The position numbers and the translations under genes are program-made. A stretch of 64,000 bases of DNA, from NCBI GenBank assembly GCA_050186825.1, contig JBFWYD010000026.1, positions 2,677 to 66,676 on the forward strand, read 5' to 3'. The DNA is from Planctomycetota bacterium (GTDB lineage: Bacteria; Planctomycetota; J058). How positions within the stretch are numbered: position 1 is the stretch's first letter; every line of letters starts with the position of its first letter. The notes beneath the pieces are model-generated. The model saw nothing but the letters and a program-made list of their open reading frames with translations, searched no databases and was not told the origin of the DNA. Shown piece after piece: positions 46,582-56,129 of the stretch.

Positions 46582-46822
46582 GCGGAGCGCAGGATGCCGA
46601 GCGGTCACGCAGGGGCGAGACGTGGGGCGAGGGCGCCAGGGGAGTGACCGCTCGACCTCCTGGCTCTGCTCAAGTGGCGGGCGCGGGTCGCTCCGAGCGG
46701 GAGGCCGCTGTTCGGACTTGAGGGTGATCGCGAGTCCAGCCGTTCGCGGAGCTGACGCCCGGGTATCAGCGCCAGCGGATGGCTAGAGAGCAGGACTGGC
46801 GGCTCAGGCCAGGTCGGGCGCG

Positions 46823-47794
46823 CTACGCCTGAGCGCTCGCCCGGCGGAGCTGCGCCAGGGCCTCCCACTGGAGCTGGGCCACCTGGTTGGCCAGGTCGGA
46901 GGCGGGGCCTTCACCTCGGTCGAGGCGCTCGAGCAGCGCGGCCTGCTCGCCGAAGGCCTCGCGGGCGCGGTCCAGCGCGACGGCGGCGCCGGGTAGGGCC
47001 TGGGCGGCCCAGCCGCAGAAGCCCTCGGCCGCGCGGCGGGTGCGGCCCCAGTAGCGCGCCTTGTGGGGCGTCCCACCCTGCGCGACCTCGTCGGCCCAGG
47101 CGTCCAGGGCCGCGGTCCCGTGGCGGAGCACCTCGGCTCGCGCCGGCTGGTCGGCGGAGGGCAGCTCGCCCGCGAGCAGCGCGGCCCCGTCCACGATCGC
47201 CTCGTGCGCTGCCCGCGCCTCGTCCGCGCCCGTGGGCGCGCCGAAGGTCGTGACCGAGAGCCACTGCACCGCGTCCACGCGCCCCAGCGCTGCGTGGTGC
47301 ACGCGGAACCGCCCGGCCTGAGCGTGGTGCACGAGGTACTCCCCGCTTCCCTCGTCCACGCCCTCGAGGATCCCCCAGCAGAAGGCGCCCAGCCCCGCGT
47401 CGCGCTGCGCCGCGCTCATGGGCGACCAGGCGAGCGCGGGCACCCCGCGCGCGACCGACGCGCGGACCTGCTCCCAGGCCTGGCGCAGCGCCGCGGCGCG
47501 CTCCCCGTCGCTCGGGATCGGGCGCACGGCAGGGTTGTTCGAGACCAGGTCGGCGCCCTCGAGCCCCAGCCCCAGCCGCCCGAGCCCGCGCGCGTGCAGG
47601 CTCCACTCGATCACGCCGGCGTTCCACAGCTCCGCCCCGCCGAGCGCGTAGCTCGACTCGAAGGCGTGCCCGAACAGCCCCGCGAGCACGTCGGGCGCGA
47701 GCGGGCGGCCAGCCGCGGCGATGCAAGCCTCGACCGCGCCGATCAGTCCGCTCAGCCGCGCGGGGAGGTCGACTTGGTGCTCGTTCACGCCCAT
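46823..47794 (-). CDS. hypothetical protein (323 aa)
   Basis: Complete ORF with high GC3 and no recognisable motif. Confidence 0.6.
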   Translation of the reverse strand: MGVNEHQVDLPARLSGLIGAVEACIAAAGRPLAPDVLAGLFGHAFESSYALGGAELWNAGVIEWSLHARGLGRLGLGLEGADLVSNNPAVRPIPSDGERAAALRQAWEQVRASVARGVPALAWSPMSAAQRDAGLGAFCWGILEGVDEGSGEYLVHHAQAGRFRVHHAALGRVDAVQWLSVTTFGAPTGADEARAAHEAIVDGAALLAGELPSADQPARAEVLRHGTAALDAWADEVAQGGTPHKARYWGRTRRAAEGFCGWAAQALPGAAVALDRAREAFGEQAALLERLDRGEGPASDLANQVAQLQWEALAQLRRASAQA

Positions 47795-48190
47795 GGGGGA
47801 TAGGTAGCACTCGGGTGGGGGGCGCTCAACTCGTCGCGACGAGCCCCCTCAGCGCCGACCGGAACGCCGCCAGCGCGGCGGGGCGATAGAGCACGAGTCG
47901 AATCACCTCGAGCGGCCCCGGGTGCTCGGCCAGGTGGCGGCGCGCGGCGTCGAGGGCGATGGGCGCCGCCTCGGCCAGCGGGAAGCGATCGCGCCGGTGG
48001 AGATGGAGGGCAGGGCGATCGAGCGGCAGGCTCCCGGCTACGCCCTGGAAAGGTCCGCCGGGTGGTTCCTTCCACGCTGGCCCATCGCACGGAACCTCTG
48101 GCTCGGGCGGCGTCCCACGGGGGTCGGGCCTCCTGTCGGCCGCGCGGCCGGCGTATCTTCTCTTCGACCTGCCACACCGAGGGACCGCCC

Positions 48191-49522
48191 ATGACCCCCC
48201 GCCGCTTCGCCGCGCGTCGCCTCGCGCCCCTCGTGCTCTTGCCCTTGCTCGCGACGCCGGGGTGCAGCCTCGCGCTGCAGCACGCGAACGGGGGGATCGA
48301 GCTGCTCGAGCAGCGGAGTCCGGCCCCGGTGGGGGTGGCCGCGCGGGGCGGGAAGTACCTGGGCTGGTTGCTGGGGGCGCCGCTGGCGGTGGCGCTCCTG
48401 CCGGTCGGGCTGCTGGCGGCGCTCACGCCCTGGGTGGACCTGGCCGACGCGGTCGACCTCGCGAGCGCGCCGGCGATCGGGGCCGGGTATCTGACCGAGG
48501 CCGCGGTGGGCTACCCCGTCTACGGCGCGCTGCGGCTGGCCGACCCCCGGCCGGGGCTGCGCCCGGCGGCGCGGCGCGAGGTCGCGCAGGAGCGCGGTCC
48601 CTGGGACCCGCCGCGCGGCGGGCTGCCGTGGGGGCTCGTGAACGATCACTGGCCCGGGCCGCGCGCGCCGCGGGCGGCGGCGCCGCTCCCGCTGGAGGTG
48701 GCCGAGTACTACGCCGTGCCCTCGAGCGCGGTCAGCGCGGTCGAGCGCGCGCTGAGCGACGCCCTCGCGGCGCGCGGGCTGGGACCGGCGCGGGCGACCC
48801 TCGGGGGCGCGAGTCCGGCTACGGTCGAGCTCTACCTCTCGTCCGAGCCGGGGCCGCGGCCCCTCGTGCTCCTGACCCCGCCGAACCGGGTGACCTCGGC
48901 CGCGCGCTACCTGGCCTCCTGGCTCACCGCGCGCGGCGCGCACGCCGCGGTGCTCGTGCCCGAGGGCACCTTCCTCGAGCCCGGGCTCCCGCCGGAGCTG
49001 GTCGAGGCCAAGCTCCGCGCGAGCGTGATCGGCGCGCGCGCGGTGCTCGCCGCCCTCGCGCGCCGGCCCGAGGTCGACCCCGCGCGGCTGCGATACCTGG
49101 GGATCTCGGCCGGGGCGATCTTCGGCTCCGTTCTCGTGGCGGTGGAGCCGCGGATCACGCGCGCGGTCCTCTGGCTCCCGGGCGGCGACTTGGGCTCGAT
49201 CGTGGCGGCCAGCGTCGACCGCGAGGTGCGCGCTTACCGCGAGTCCTGGGAGGAGCGCGGCGTGACGCCGGAGCAGCTCGCGGCGCAGCTCGCGCGCGCG
49301 GTGCGAACCGACCCCCTCCGCCTCGCCCGCCACGTCGACCCGCGCCGGCTGCTGATCGTGCTCGGCGCGGACGACCGCAGCGTCCCCACGGCCAACGGCC
49401 TGGCGCTGCACGAGGCCATGGGCCGACCCGAGGCCTGGATGCTCGCGGGGCGACACGCCAGCGCCGTGGCGCTGGGCTTCGGGTTCCTGCTCCGGGAGAG
49501 CGCGGGCTTCCTCCTGCGCTGA
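48191..49522 (+). CDS. lipoprotein with C-terminal alpha/beta-hydrolase (dienelactone-hydrolase-like) domain
   Basis: ATG 48191 after GAGGGA. Lipobox LLATPGC. GISAGA nucleophile elbow. ...LGADDRSVP.... Confidence 0.7.
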   Translation: MTPRRFAARRLAPLVLLPLLATPGCSLALQHANGGIELLEQRSPAPVGVAARGGKYLGWLLGAPLAVALLPVGLLAALTPWVDLADAVDLASAPAIGAGYLTEAAVGYPVYGALRLADPRPGLRPAARREVAQERGPWDPPRGGLPWGLVNDHWPGPRAPRAAAPLPLEVAEYYAVPSSAVSAVERALSDALAARGLGPARATLGGASPATVELYLSSEPGPRPLVLLTPPNRVTSAARYLASWLTARGAHAAVLVPEGTFLEPGLPPELVEAKLRASVIGARAVLAALARRPEVDPARLRYLGISAGAIFGSVLVAVEPRITRAVLWLPGGDLGSIVAASVDREVRAYRESWEERGVTPEQLAAQLARAVRTDPLRLARHVDPRRLLIVLGADDRSVPTANGLALHEAMGRPEAWMLAGRHASAVALGFGFLLRESAGFLLR

Positions 49523-49584
49523 CGGGGAGAAGCCGGGGAGAGCGGCCGCCCCCCGGCGCACCCGGCGCGGCGGCTCGGCCGCGG

Positions 49585-51525
49585 CTACGCCTCGAGCGCC
49601 TCGACGCGCACCGCGGCCCCATCCACCGTGCAGCGCAGCAGCGCGTAGCTGACGGGGAAGGGCCCGCGGACGGTCAGGCCGAGGGCCGTCTGTACGAGCG
49701 CGGGGAGCGCCTCGGCGGGCGGCTCGCGGAGCGCGACCAGGAGGTCCTCGCGCGGGATCAGGGCCACGAAGGACGCCTCGCCCAGCTGCTCGGCCACGCG
49801 CCGGGCGAAGCTGGGGACGAGCAGGCGCGCGGTCGTGTAGCCGTCCTCGTCCGAGCACTGCACGGCGTTGACCCGGCCCTCGTCCTCGGCGAGCTCGAGG
49901 GCGACGTCCGAGCAGGCCTCGAGGCCGGCGACGGCCAGGCCATGGAGCTGCTCCGGGTCCAGCCCCCAGGCGGCGAGCCACTCCTCGCGCACGTAGGGAC
50001 GGTCGAAGGCGTCGTCGAGCACGTAGGTGACCCACACCTTCGGGGTCAGCTCGCGGCGCGCGAGGCGCAGGCTCGGGCCCATCTCCTCGAAGAACACGTC
50101 CGGCCGGAGCACCGGGCGCAGGCGATGCCGGACCTCCTCCAGCGGGAGCGCCTCCCGGCGCGGACGGCGCAGCGCCACCACCTCGCGCGCCCAGCGCGCG
50201 GCGAGCGCGCTGGTGAAGCCGGGGTGCGCCTCGCACCACTCCTCGAGCGCGGAGAGGTCCAGCTCGCCCCCATTCAGCACGGCCTCGCCGTCCTCGCAGC
50301 GCGCGGCCTCGGCCGGGACCGCGCGGCGCATGGCCGCGACCACGAGCTCCGCCAGGTCCTCGTCATCGCCGGGCTCCAGGACCTCGAGCGAGCGCACCGC
50401 GCCGTGGGCCAGCTCCAGCTCTGGCGCGGCCTCCGCCCGGCGCTCGGCCGCGGCGTCGTAGCTGGCGAAGATCGCCTCGTCCCCGCGCAGCCGCAGCCAG
50501 AGCCGACCGGGGCGCGGCGCGCCGTCCTCGCCCGCGGTCACGGCGTCGCACCAGGCCAGCTCGTCGGCCTCGTCGCCGAGCACGGTCAGCGCGCCGTGCT
50601 CCAGCGCGCCGAGCGCCGGGAGGAGCTGCTCGAGCACCGCCGCGCTGCGGCCCGGCCCTGCGGGCCCTCCCACCCCCAGGGTCTGGAGCGACATGTCGCC
50701 CACGCCGGCCAGGGGACGGAACTGGTGCAGGCCGAGTGCGGGGTCGTGCTTGAAGCGCACCCAGCCCGGCGGCAGGGTCAGCACCATCCGCCCCTGCGGG
50801 TGCAGCCAGCGCTGCGGGCCGAACACCGGGTCGGAGCCCTGCGGGTCGTAGTCCGGCTCGCGCACGCGCAGGACCTGGGCGAAGGTCGCCGCGAGCTCGT
50901 CGGGCTCCTGGTCCTCGGGGGCCTCGGCCCCGAGCATCATCAGGGTCATCATCGCGAAGGAGCGCACGGCCTCGCTCGGCGCCGCCGCGCAGCTCTGGAG
51001 CGCGGCCAGGAGCTCGGGGCTCGGCGGCAGCCCGGAGGCGAGCTGGAGCGCCTCCACCTGCAGCTCCTCGTCGTCGCGCTCGAGCGCCGCGAGCACCGCG
51101 GCCGTGGCGTCCACGGCCTGGCCCAGGCTGCTCAGCACGCTCGCGGCGTGCAGCCGCGCCCGCGGGTCGGGCAGCTCCAGCGCCTCGCGCACCAGCTCCA
51201 ACGCCCGCGGGAGCTCGGCCGCGAGCTGGCCGAGGATCCCCACGCTCCGCCAGCGCAGCGGCGGCTCGTCCCCGCGCAGGAAGCCCTCGAGCAGGCTCAG
51301 CCCCAGCGGGCGGCCGGCGTCGTGCAGGCGCCAGGCCGCGGTGGCCCGCAGCGGCGGCAGCTCGCGCGCGTCGCGCGCCATCGCCTCCAGCGCGGCGCAC
51401 AGCGCCGCGGACGCGGCCCGCAGATCGAGCTCCTCCAGCGCCAGCAGCCCGTCCTCGCGGGTCATGGCGTCGTCGCTGGTGAGCTGCGCGAGCGCGGCCT
51501 GGAACGCGTGCTGGGAGCCGGACAT
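49585..51525 (-). CDS. hypothetical protein with HEAT-like N-terminal repeats
   Basis: ATG 51525 after GAGAGGG. N-terminal about 200 aa of helical repeats (...LRATAAWRLHDAG...RWRSVGILGQL...RLHAASVLSSLG...). Confidence 0.7.
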   Translation of the reverse strand: MSGSQHAFQAALAQLTSDDAMTREDGLLALEELDLRAASAALCAALEAMARDARELPPLRATAAWRLHDAGRPLGLSLLEGFLRGDEPPLRWRSVGILGQLAAELPRALELVREALELPDPRARLHAASVLSSLGQAVDATAAVLAALERDDEELQVEALQLASGLPPSPELLAALQSCAAAPSEAVRSFAMMTLMMLGAEAPEDQEPDELAATFAQVLRVREPDYDPQGSDPVFGPQRWLHPQGRMVLTLPPGWVRFKHDPALGLHQFRPLAGVGDMSLQTLGVGGPAGPGRSAAVLEQLLPALGALEHGALTVLGDEADELAWCDAVTAGEDGAPRPGRLWLRLRGDEAIFASYDAAAERRAEAAPELELAHGAVRSLEVLEPGDDEDLAELVVAAMRRAVPAEAARCEDGEAVLNGGELDLSALEEWCEAHPGFTSALAARWAREVVALRRPRREALPLEEVRHRLRPVLRPDVFFEEMGPSLRLARRELTPKVWVTYVLDDAFDRPYVREEWLAAWGLDPEQLHGLAVAGLEACSDVALELAEDEGRVNAVQCSDEDGYTTARLLVPSFARRVAEQLGEASFVALIPREDLLVALREPPAEALPALVQTALGLTVRGPFPVSYALLRCTVDGAAVRVEALEA

Positions 51526-51805
51526 GGAGCCCTCTCTTGCTCGGGGCGCGCAGCCTCGCATCGCGGGGCCGCGAGCTCACGCCCTTTCTCCCCGCGCAAG
51601 CCTTCACGCGCAGAGGACATCCGCGCGCTCGACGGCGAGTGTCGCGAGGGCCCGGCTCCGGAGTTACAGACGACGCGCGCGGCCGCCCGCGTCGAGGCGG
51701 TAGGCGCGGGAGGCCTGAACCACGAGCGAGCACGGAGCCGGATCGCCCCTGGAGGCGGCGCTCGAGCGCGCAGCCAGCTTCCTGCCCCACCAGGGGCCCA
51801 TCGGG

Positions 51806-54800
51806 GTGTTCATCCACCAGAACCCCCTCGAGCACCTCGAGGGGCTCCCCTTCGAGGAGGCCGCGCAGCGCGCCTGGCGCGCGCTGGGCGCCGAGCCCTA
51901 CCTGGACGAGGCGAGCTACCGGGCGGCCATCGCGGGCGGGCGCATCGAGCCCGAGGACCTGCGCGCCGTCCTCGGCCAGGCGAGCGACGCGGAGACCGCG
52001 GGGCCCGGCTCCTTGGATCCACTCGACCCCGCGCGGGTCCGCGAGCTGCTCCTCGCCCACGGACTCGACCACGAGCCGGACCAGGCCCGTCGCTTCCGGC
52101 GCCTGTGCGGCTCCACGCCCCTGGTCGTCGAGCGCGCCCCCCGGGGCGCGGTCGAGCGTGCGCAGGTCGAGGGGACCGCGGCCCTCGCGGCCAGGCTCGA
52201 GGCGGGCGACCTCGACGGCGCGTGCGCGCTCCTCGCCGGCCAGGGCGATCCGGACGAGCTGGAGCGCCGGCTGCTCGAGGCCTACGACCTCCCGCGCGAC
52301 CTGCGCGCCCTGCGCGGCCTCCTGCGTCGGCCCCTCGAGACCGGCCTGGAGATGCTCCGGGTCGCCTGCGAGGAGGCGGCCGCCGCGGCCGGTCCGCTCC
52401 CGCCCGCGTCCCCCCCCTCCGGCCCGGGCGCCGCGCCCGGCGCGCCCGTCACCCATCGCGAGCTCATCCTCGCCGCCGGTGGCGCCGACCTGGCTCAGGC
52501 CGTCGACCCGCTCTTCCTGCGGCTGGTCGCCGCCTTCCTCGACCGCGGGCTCGCCCACTGGGAGATGCCGGGCCGGGAGCGCGGGCTGCTCTCCGCCGCC
52601 CTCTCGCTCCTCGACCGCGGCGCCCTCGCGCGCGTGCGCTGGTACGAGGGCCTGGGCGAGGCCTGCCAGGCGCTGCGCGCGCGCGACGTGACGGGGCCCG
52701 AGCTGCTGGCGGAGCTCTTGGCGGAGCTCGGCGTCGCCGCTGAGGAGCAGGAGGCCTACCTGCGCGCGCTGCTGCACGAGGCGCCGGGCTGGGCCGGGCT
52801 CGTGCGCTGGCACGAGCACCACCCCGGCGGCCCGCCCGCGCGCCTGGTCGACTACGCGGCCCTGCGCCTGCTCTTCGCCCGCCACGCGCTGGGCTGGGCC
52901 ACCCGCGGGCTGGAGCCCCTCGCTCGGGGCGACCTGCGCGCGGCCCTGCGCGCGCGCCTGCCCGTGGCGCGGCCCTCCGAAACCGAGCCGGCCCGGCGGA
53001 GCGACCCCGCACACGTCCTGTTCCAGCTCGCCCTGCTCGCGGGCGCGGGGGCGCCGACCGTGCGCGCGCTCGCGCCCGAGGCCGTGCGCGCCCTGCTCGC
53101 CACGGCCGCGGCGCTCCCCGGGCGCGAGCGGCGCCGCCTGCTCCAGCTGGCCTTCGAGCGCCGCTTCCAGCGCGGGGCGCTGGACGCGCTCCTGGCGCAT
53201 CTCCGCGCCGGGACCCTGGCGCCGCGCGCGGCGCCGGAGCTGCAGGTGATCACCTGCATCGACGACCGCGAGGAGTCCTTCCGGCGCGCCCTGGAGGAGA
53301 CCCTCGGCCCGCGGGTCGAGACCCTGGGGGCGGCCGGCTTCTTCGAGCTCGCGATGCGCTACCGCGGCGTCTCCGACGCGCGCGAGGTCTCGCTCTGCCC
53401 GATCGTCCTCCAGCCGCGCCAGCGCGTGGTCGAGCGCACGCTGCCCGGCGCCACCGCCCGCCTGCGCCGGCTCGAGGTCAGCCAGCGCCTCTGGCTGCGG
53501 CTGGCCCGCGCGGCGGCCCTCGGCTCGCGCGCCCTGACCCGCGGCGCGCTGTGGAGCCTCCTGCTCGGCCCCTTCGCCACGCTGGTCCTCGTCGCGCGCC
53601 TGCTCTTCCCTCGCGCCTCGTCCCGTCTGCATCGCCGCGTGGCCCGCGCCCTGGTCCCGCCGCCCGAGACGACCCTCATCCCGCCCGGCCCCGAGGCCTT
53701 CGCGCCGGGGGCGCTCGACCCGGCCGAGCTGAGCGGCGCCGTCGCGGCGCTCGTGCGCAGCGTGGGGCTCGAGGGCCGGCTGGCCCCCCTGGTCCTGGTG
53801 ATCGGGCACGGCAGCTCGACCCTCAACAACCCGCTGGCCTCGGCCTACGACTGCGGCGCCTGCGGCGGCTACCGCGGCGGGCCGAACGCGCGCCTGCTGG
53901 CCCAGGCCGCGAACCGTCCCGAGCTGCGCGCGCGCATGGCCGCGGATGGGCTGAGCATTCCCCCAGAGACCTGGTTCCTGGGCGCGCTCCACGACACCAC
54001 CAGCGACGCCTTGACCCTCTACGACCTCGAGGCCGTGCCCGCGAGCCACCGCGCGCGGGTCGAGGCGCTGGTCCCAGAGCTCGAGCGCGCCCGCGCCCTG
54101 AACGCCCTCGAGCGCTGCCGGCGCTTCGAGTCGGCCCCGCTGGGGCTCACGCCCCAGGCCGCGCTCCTGCACGTCGAGGGGCGCGCGGCCTCGCTGGCCG
54201 AGCCGCGGCCGGAGCTCGGCCACGCGACCAACGCGATGTGCCTGGTCGGCCGGCGCGCGCTGACGCGCGGGCTGTTCCTCGACCGGCGCGCCTTCCTCGT
54301 CTCCTACGACCCCGCCCACGACGCGAGCGGCGCGCTGCTGGCGCGGCTGCTCGGCGCGGTCGCGCCGGTGTGCGCCGGGATCAACCTCGAGTACTACTTC
54401 TCGCGCACCGACAACGAGCGCTACGGCTGCGGGACCAAGCTCCCCCACAACGTGACCGGCCTGGTCGGCGTGATGAACGGCCACCTGAGCGACCTGCGCA
54501 CCGGCCTGCCCCAGCAGATGGTCGAGGTGCACGACCCGCTGCGCCTGCTGCTCGTGGTCGAGGCCGCGCCCGCCCGGCTCCTGGCCGCGCTGGAGCAGCT
54601 CCCGCGCCTGCGGCGGCTCGCGGACAACGAGTGGCTGGCGCTGGTCGCCCTCGAGCCCGACGCGCCCGGCGGGCCCGCGGCGGCCCGCTACCGCGACGGC
54701 GGCTTCGAGCCCTACCCGGCCGGCGCGCTCGAGCTGCCGCGCGCGACGAGCTCGCGCGCCTACGTCGCGGGCACGCGCGACCCGCTCCCCCCGGCGCGCA

Positions 54801-54844
54801 TCGAGGCCGGCACGCCCGGCGCGGAGGCCGCCCGTGTCGCCTGA
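51806..54844 (+). CDS. dabA: DUF2309/DabA-family protein (putative inorganic-carbon uptake subunit)
   Basis: ...GVFIHQNPLEHLEGLPFEEA..., ITCIDDREESFRR, VIGHGSSTLNNPLASAYDCGACGG, NLEYYFSRTDNERYGCGTKLPHNV. Conserved sequence continues upstream of the GTG to a TGA at 51716, with only a CTG (51749) available in frame. Confidence 0.85.
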   Translation: MFIHQNPLEHLEGLPFEEAAQRAWRALGAEPYLDEASYRAAIAGGRIEPEDLRAVLGQASDAETAGPGSLDPLDPARVRELLLAHGLDHEPDQARRFRRLCGSTPLVVERAPRGAVERAQVEGTAALAARLEAGDLDGACALLAGQGDPDELERRLLEAYDLPRDLRALRGLLRRPLETGLEMLRVACEEAAAAAGPLPPASPPSGPGAAPGAPVTHRELILAAGGADLAQAVDPLFLRLVAAFLDRGLAHWEMPGRERGLLSAALSLLDRGALARVRWYEGLGEACQALRARDVTGPELLAELLAELGVAAEEQEAYLRALLHEAPGWAGLVRWHEHHPGGPPARLVDYAALRLLFARHALGWATRGLEPLARGDLRAALRARLPVARPSETEPARRSDPAHVLFQLALLAGAGAPTVRALAPEAVRALLATAAALPGRERRRLLQLAFERRFQRGALDALLAHLRAGTLAPRAAPELQVITCIDDREESFRRALEETLGPRVETLGAAGFFELAMRYRGVSDAREVSLCPIVLQPRQRVVERTLPGATARLRRLEVSQRLWLRLARAAALGSRALTRGALWSLLLGPFATLVLVARLLFPRASSRLHRRVARALVPPPETTLIPPGPEAFAPGALDPAELSGAVAALVRSVGLEGRLAPLVLVIGHGSSTLNNPLASAYDCGACGGYRGGPNARLLAQAANRPELRARMAADGLSIPPETWFLGALHDTTSDALTLYDLEAVPASHRARVEALVPELERARALNALERCRRFESAPLGLTPQAALLHVEGRAASLAEPRPELGHATNAMCLVGRRALTRGLFLDRRAFLVSYDPAHDASGALLARLLGAVAPVCAGINLEYYFSRTDNERYGCGTKLPHNVTGLVGVMNGHLSDLRTGLPQQMVEVHDPLRLLLVVEAAPARLLAALEQLPRLRRLADNEWLALVALEPDAPGGPAAARYRDGGFEPYPAGALELPRATSSRAYVAGTRDPLPPARIEAGTPGAEAARVA

Positions 54845-56129
54845 GCGCTGCGCCCTGCTCGCCCAGCTCGTGCTGGCCCTGCCGCTGGGCGCCTTCTCGC
54901 TGCTGGCGCTCGCGACGCTCGTGGGCCTCGCGCCGAGCGAGCGCGTCGTGAACCGGGTCACGGCGCTCGCCCTGGCCGGGGGCCTGCTGCTCGCGGCCCT
55001 GCTCACGGTGGGCGTGCTCGGGGGGCCGGGCTCGGCGCGGGTCGAGCTCGGGACCTGGTTCGCGGTCCCGGGCTACGCGCTGCGCTTCACGCTCCTGCTC
55101 GACCGGCTCTCGCTGCCGCTCGCGCTCGCGACCCTCGGGGTGTGCGGCCTGGTCGGGCGCTTCTCCGCGCGCTACCTGCATCGCGAGCGGCGCCACCGGC
55201 GCTTCTTCCTGCTCCTGCTCCTGTTCACGTCGGGGATGTTGCTGGTCGTGCTCGCGGGCGACCTCGACCTGCTGTTCGGCGGCTGGGAGCTGCTCGGCCT
55301 GGCCTCCGCGCTCCTGATCGCCTTCTTCGACGAGCGCGCCGCGCCGGTCCGCCACGCCCTGCGCTGCTTCCTCAACTACCGGGCCTGCGACGTGGGGATC
55401 CTGCTCGCGGCCGCCCTCCTGCATCACGGCGCGCACGGCGCCTCCTTCCAGCCGATGGGCCTGACGCCGACCGCGCACGTGGGGCCATGGGTCGGCGTGC
55501 TCCTGGTCGTGGGCGCGCTGGGCAAGTCGGCGCAGCTGCCGGTCTCGGGCTGGCTGCCGCGGGCCATGGAGGGCCCGACCCCCTCCAGCGCGCTCTGCTA
55601 CGGGGCGCTCTCGGTCCACGCCGGCGTCTACCTGCTCCTGCGCGCGGCCCCCTTCCTCGAGGCCTCCCCCGCGGCGCGCGCGCTGCTCGGGCTGATCGCG
55701 GGCGCGACCGCGGTGTGGGCGACCCTCTGCGCGCGCGTCCAGAGCGACGTCAAGAACGGGCTGGCCTTCGCCTCGCTGGCGCAGGTCAGCCTGATGCTCG
55801 TCGAGGTCGCGCTCGGGCTCTACGACCTGGCCCTCTGGCACATGCTCGGCCACATCGCGCTGCGCACGCTCCAGTTCCTGCGCGCCCCGAACGCGCTCCT
55901 CGACGCGCAGCTGCGCGAGGCCGTCGCGGGCGAGCCCGGCCTGGCCACGCGCGCGCCGGCGGGCTCGCTGCGCGCGCGGCTGTGGGTGCTCGCGCTCGAC
56001 CGCTTCCACGTGGACCTGATGCTGGAGCGCTTCGTGGTCGGGCCGGTGATGGCGCTCGCGCGCGGGCTCGACCGCTGGGAGCGGCGCTGCGCGCGCACGC
56101 TGGGCGACGCCTCGCCCGAGGACAGATGA
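54834..56129 (+). CDS. dabB: NuoL/MrpA-like proton-translocating antiporter subunit (DabB-like)
   Basis: GGWELLGLAS, GALGKSAQLPVSGWLPRAMEGPTPSSAL motifs of the PF00361 type. Overlaps the dabA end by 11 nt. Confidence 0.8.
   Translation: MSPERCALLAQLVLALPLGAFSLLALATLVGLAPSERVVNRVTALALAGGLLLAALLTVGVLGGPGSARVELGTWFAVPGYALRFTLLLDRLSLPLALATLGVCGLVGRFSARYLHRERRHRRFFLLLLLFTSGMLLVVLAGDLDLLFGGWELLGLASALLIAFFDERAAPVRHALRCFLNYRACDVGILLAAALLHHGAHGASFQPMGLTPTAHVGPWVGVLLVVGALGKSAQLPVSGWLPRAMEGPTPSSALCYGALSVHAGVYLLLRAAPFLEASPAARALLGLIAGATAVWATLCARVQSDVKNGLAFASLAQVSLMLVEVALGLYDLALWHMLGHIALRTLQFLRAPNALLDAQLREAVAGEPGLATRAPAGSLRARLWVLALDRFHVDLMLERFVVGPVMALARGLDRWERRCARTLGDASPEDR

Noticed and set aside
46599-46653. 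10-bp inverted repeat GAGCGGTCAC...GTGACCGCTC after the PepSY-TM gene as a terminator.
   Set aside because: The 35-nt loop and absence of a U tract make the evidence too weak to list as a feature.
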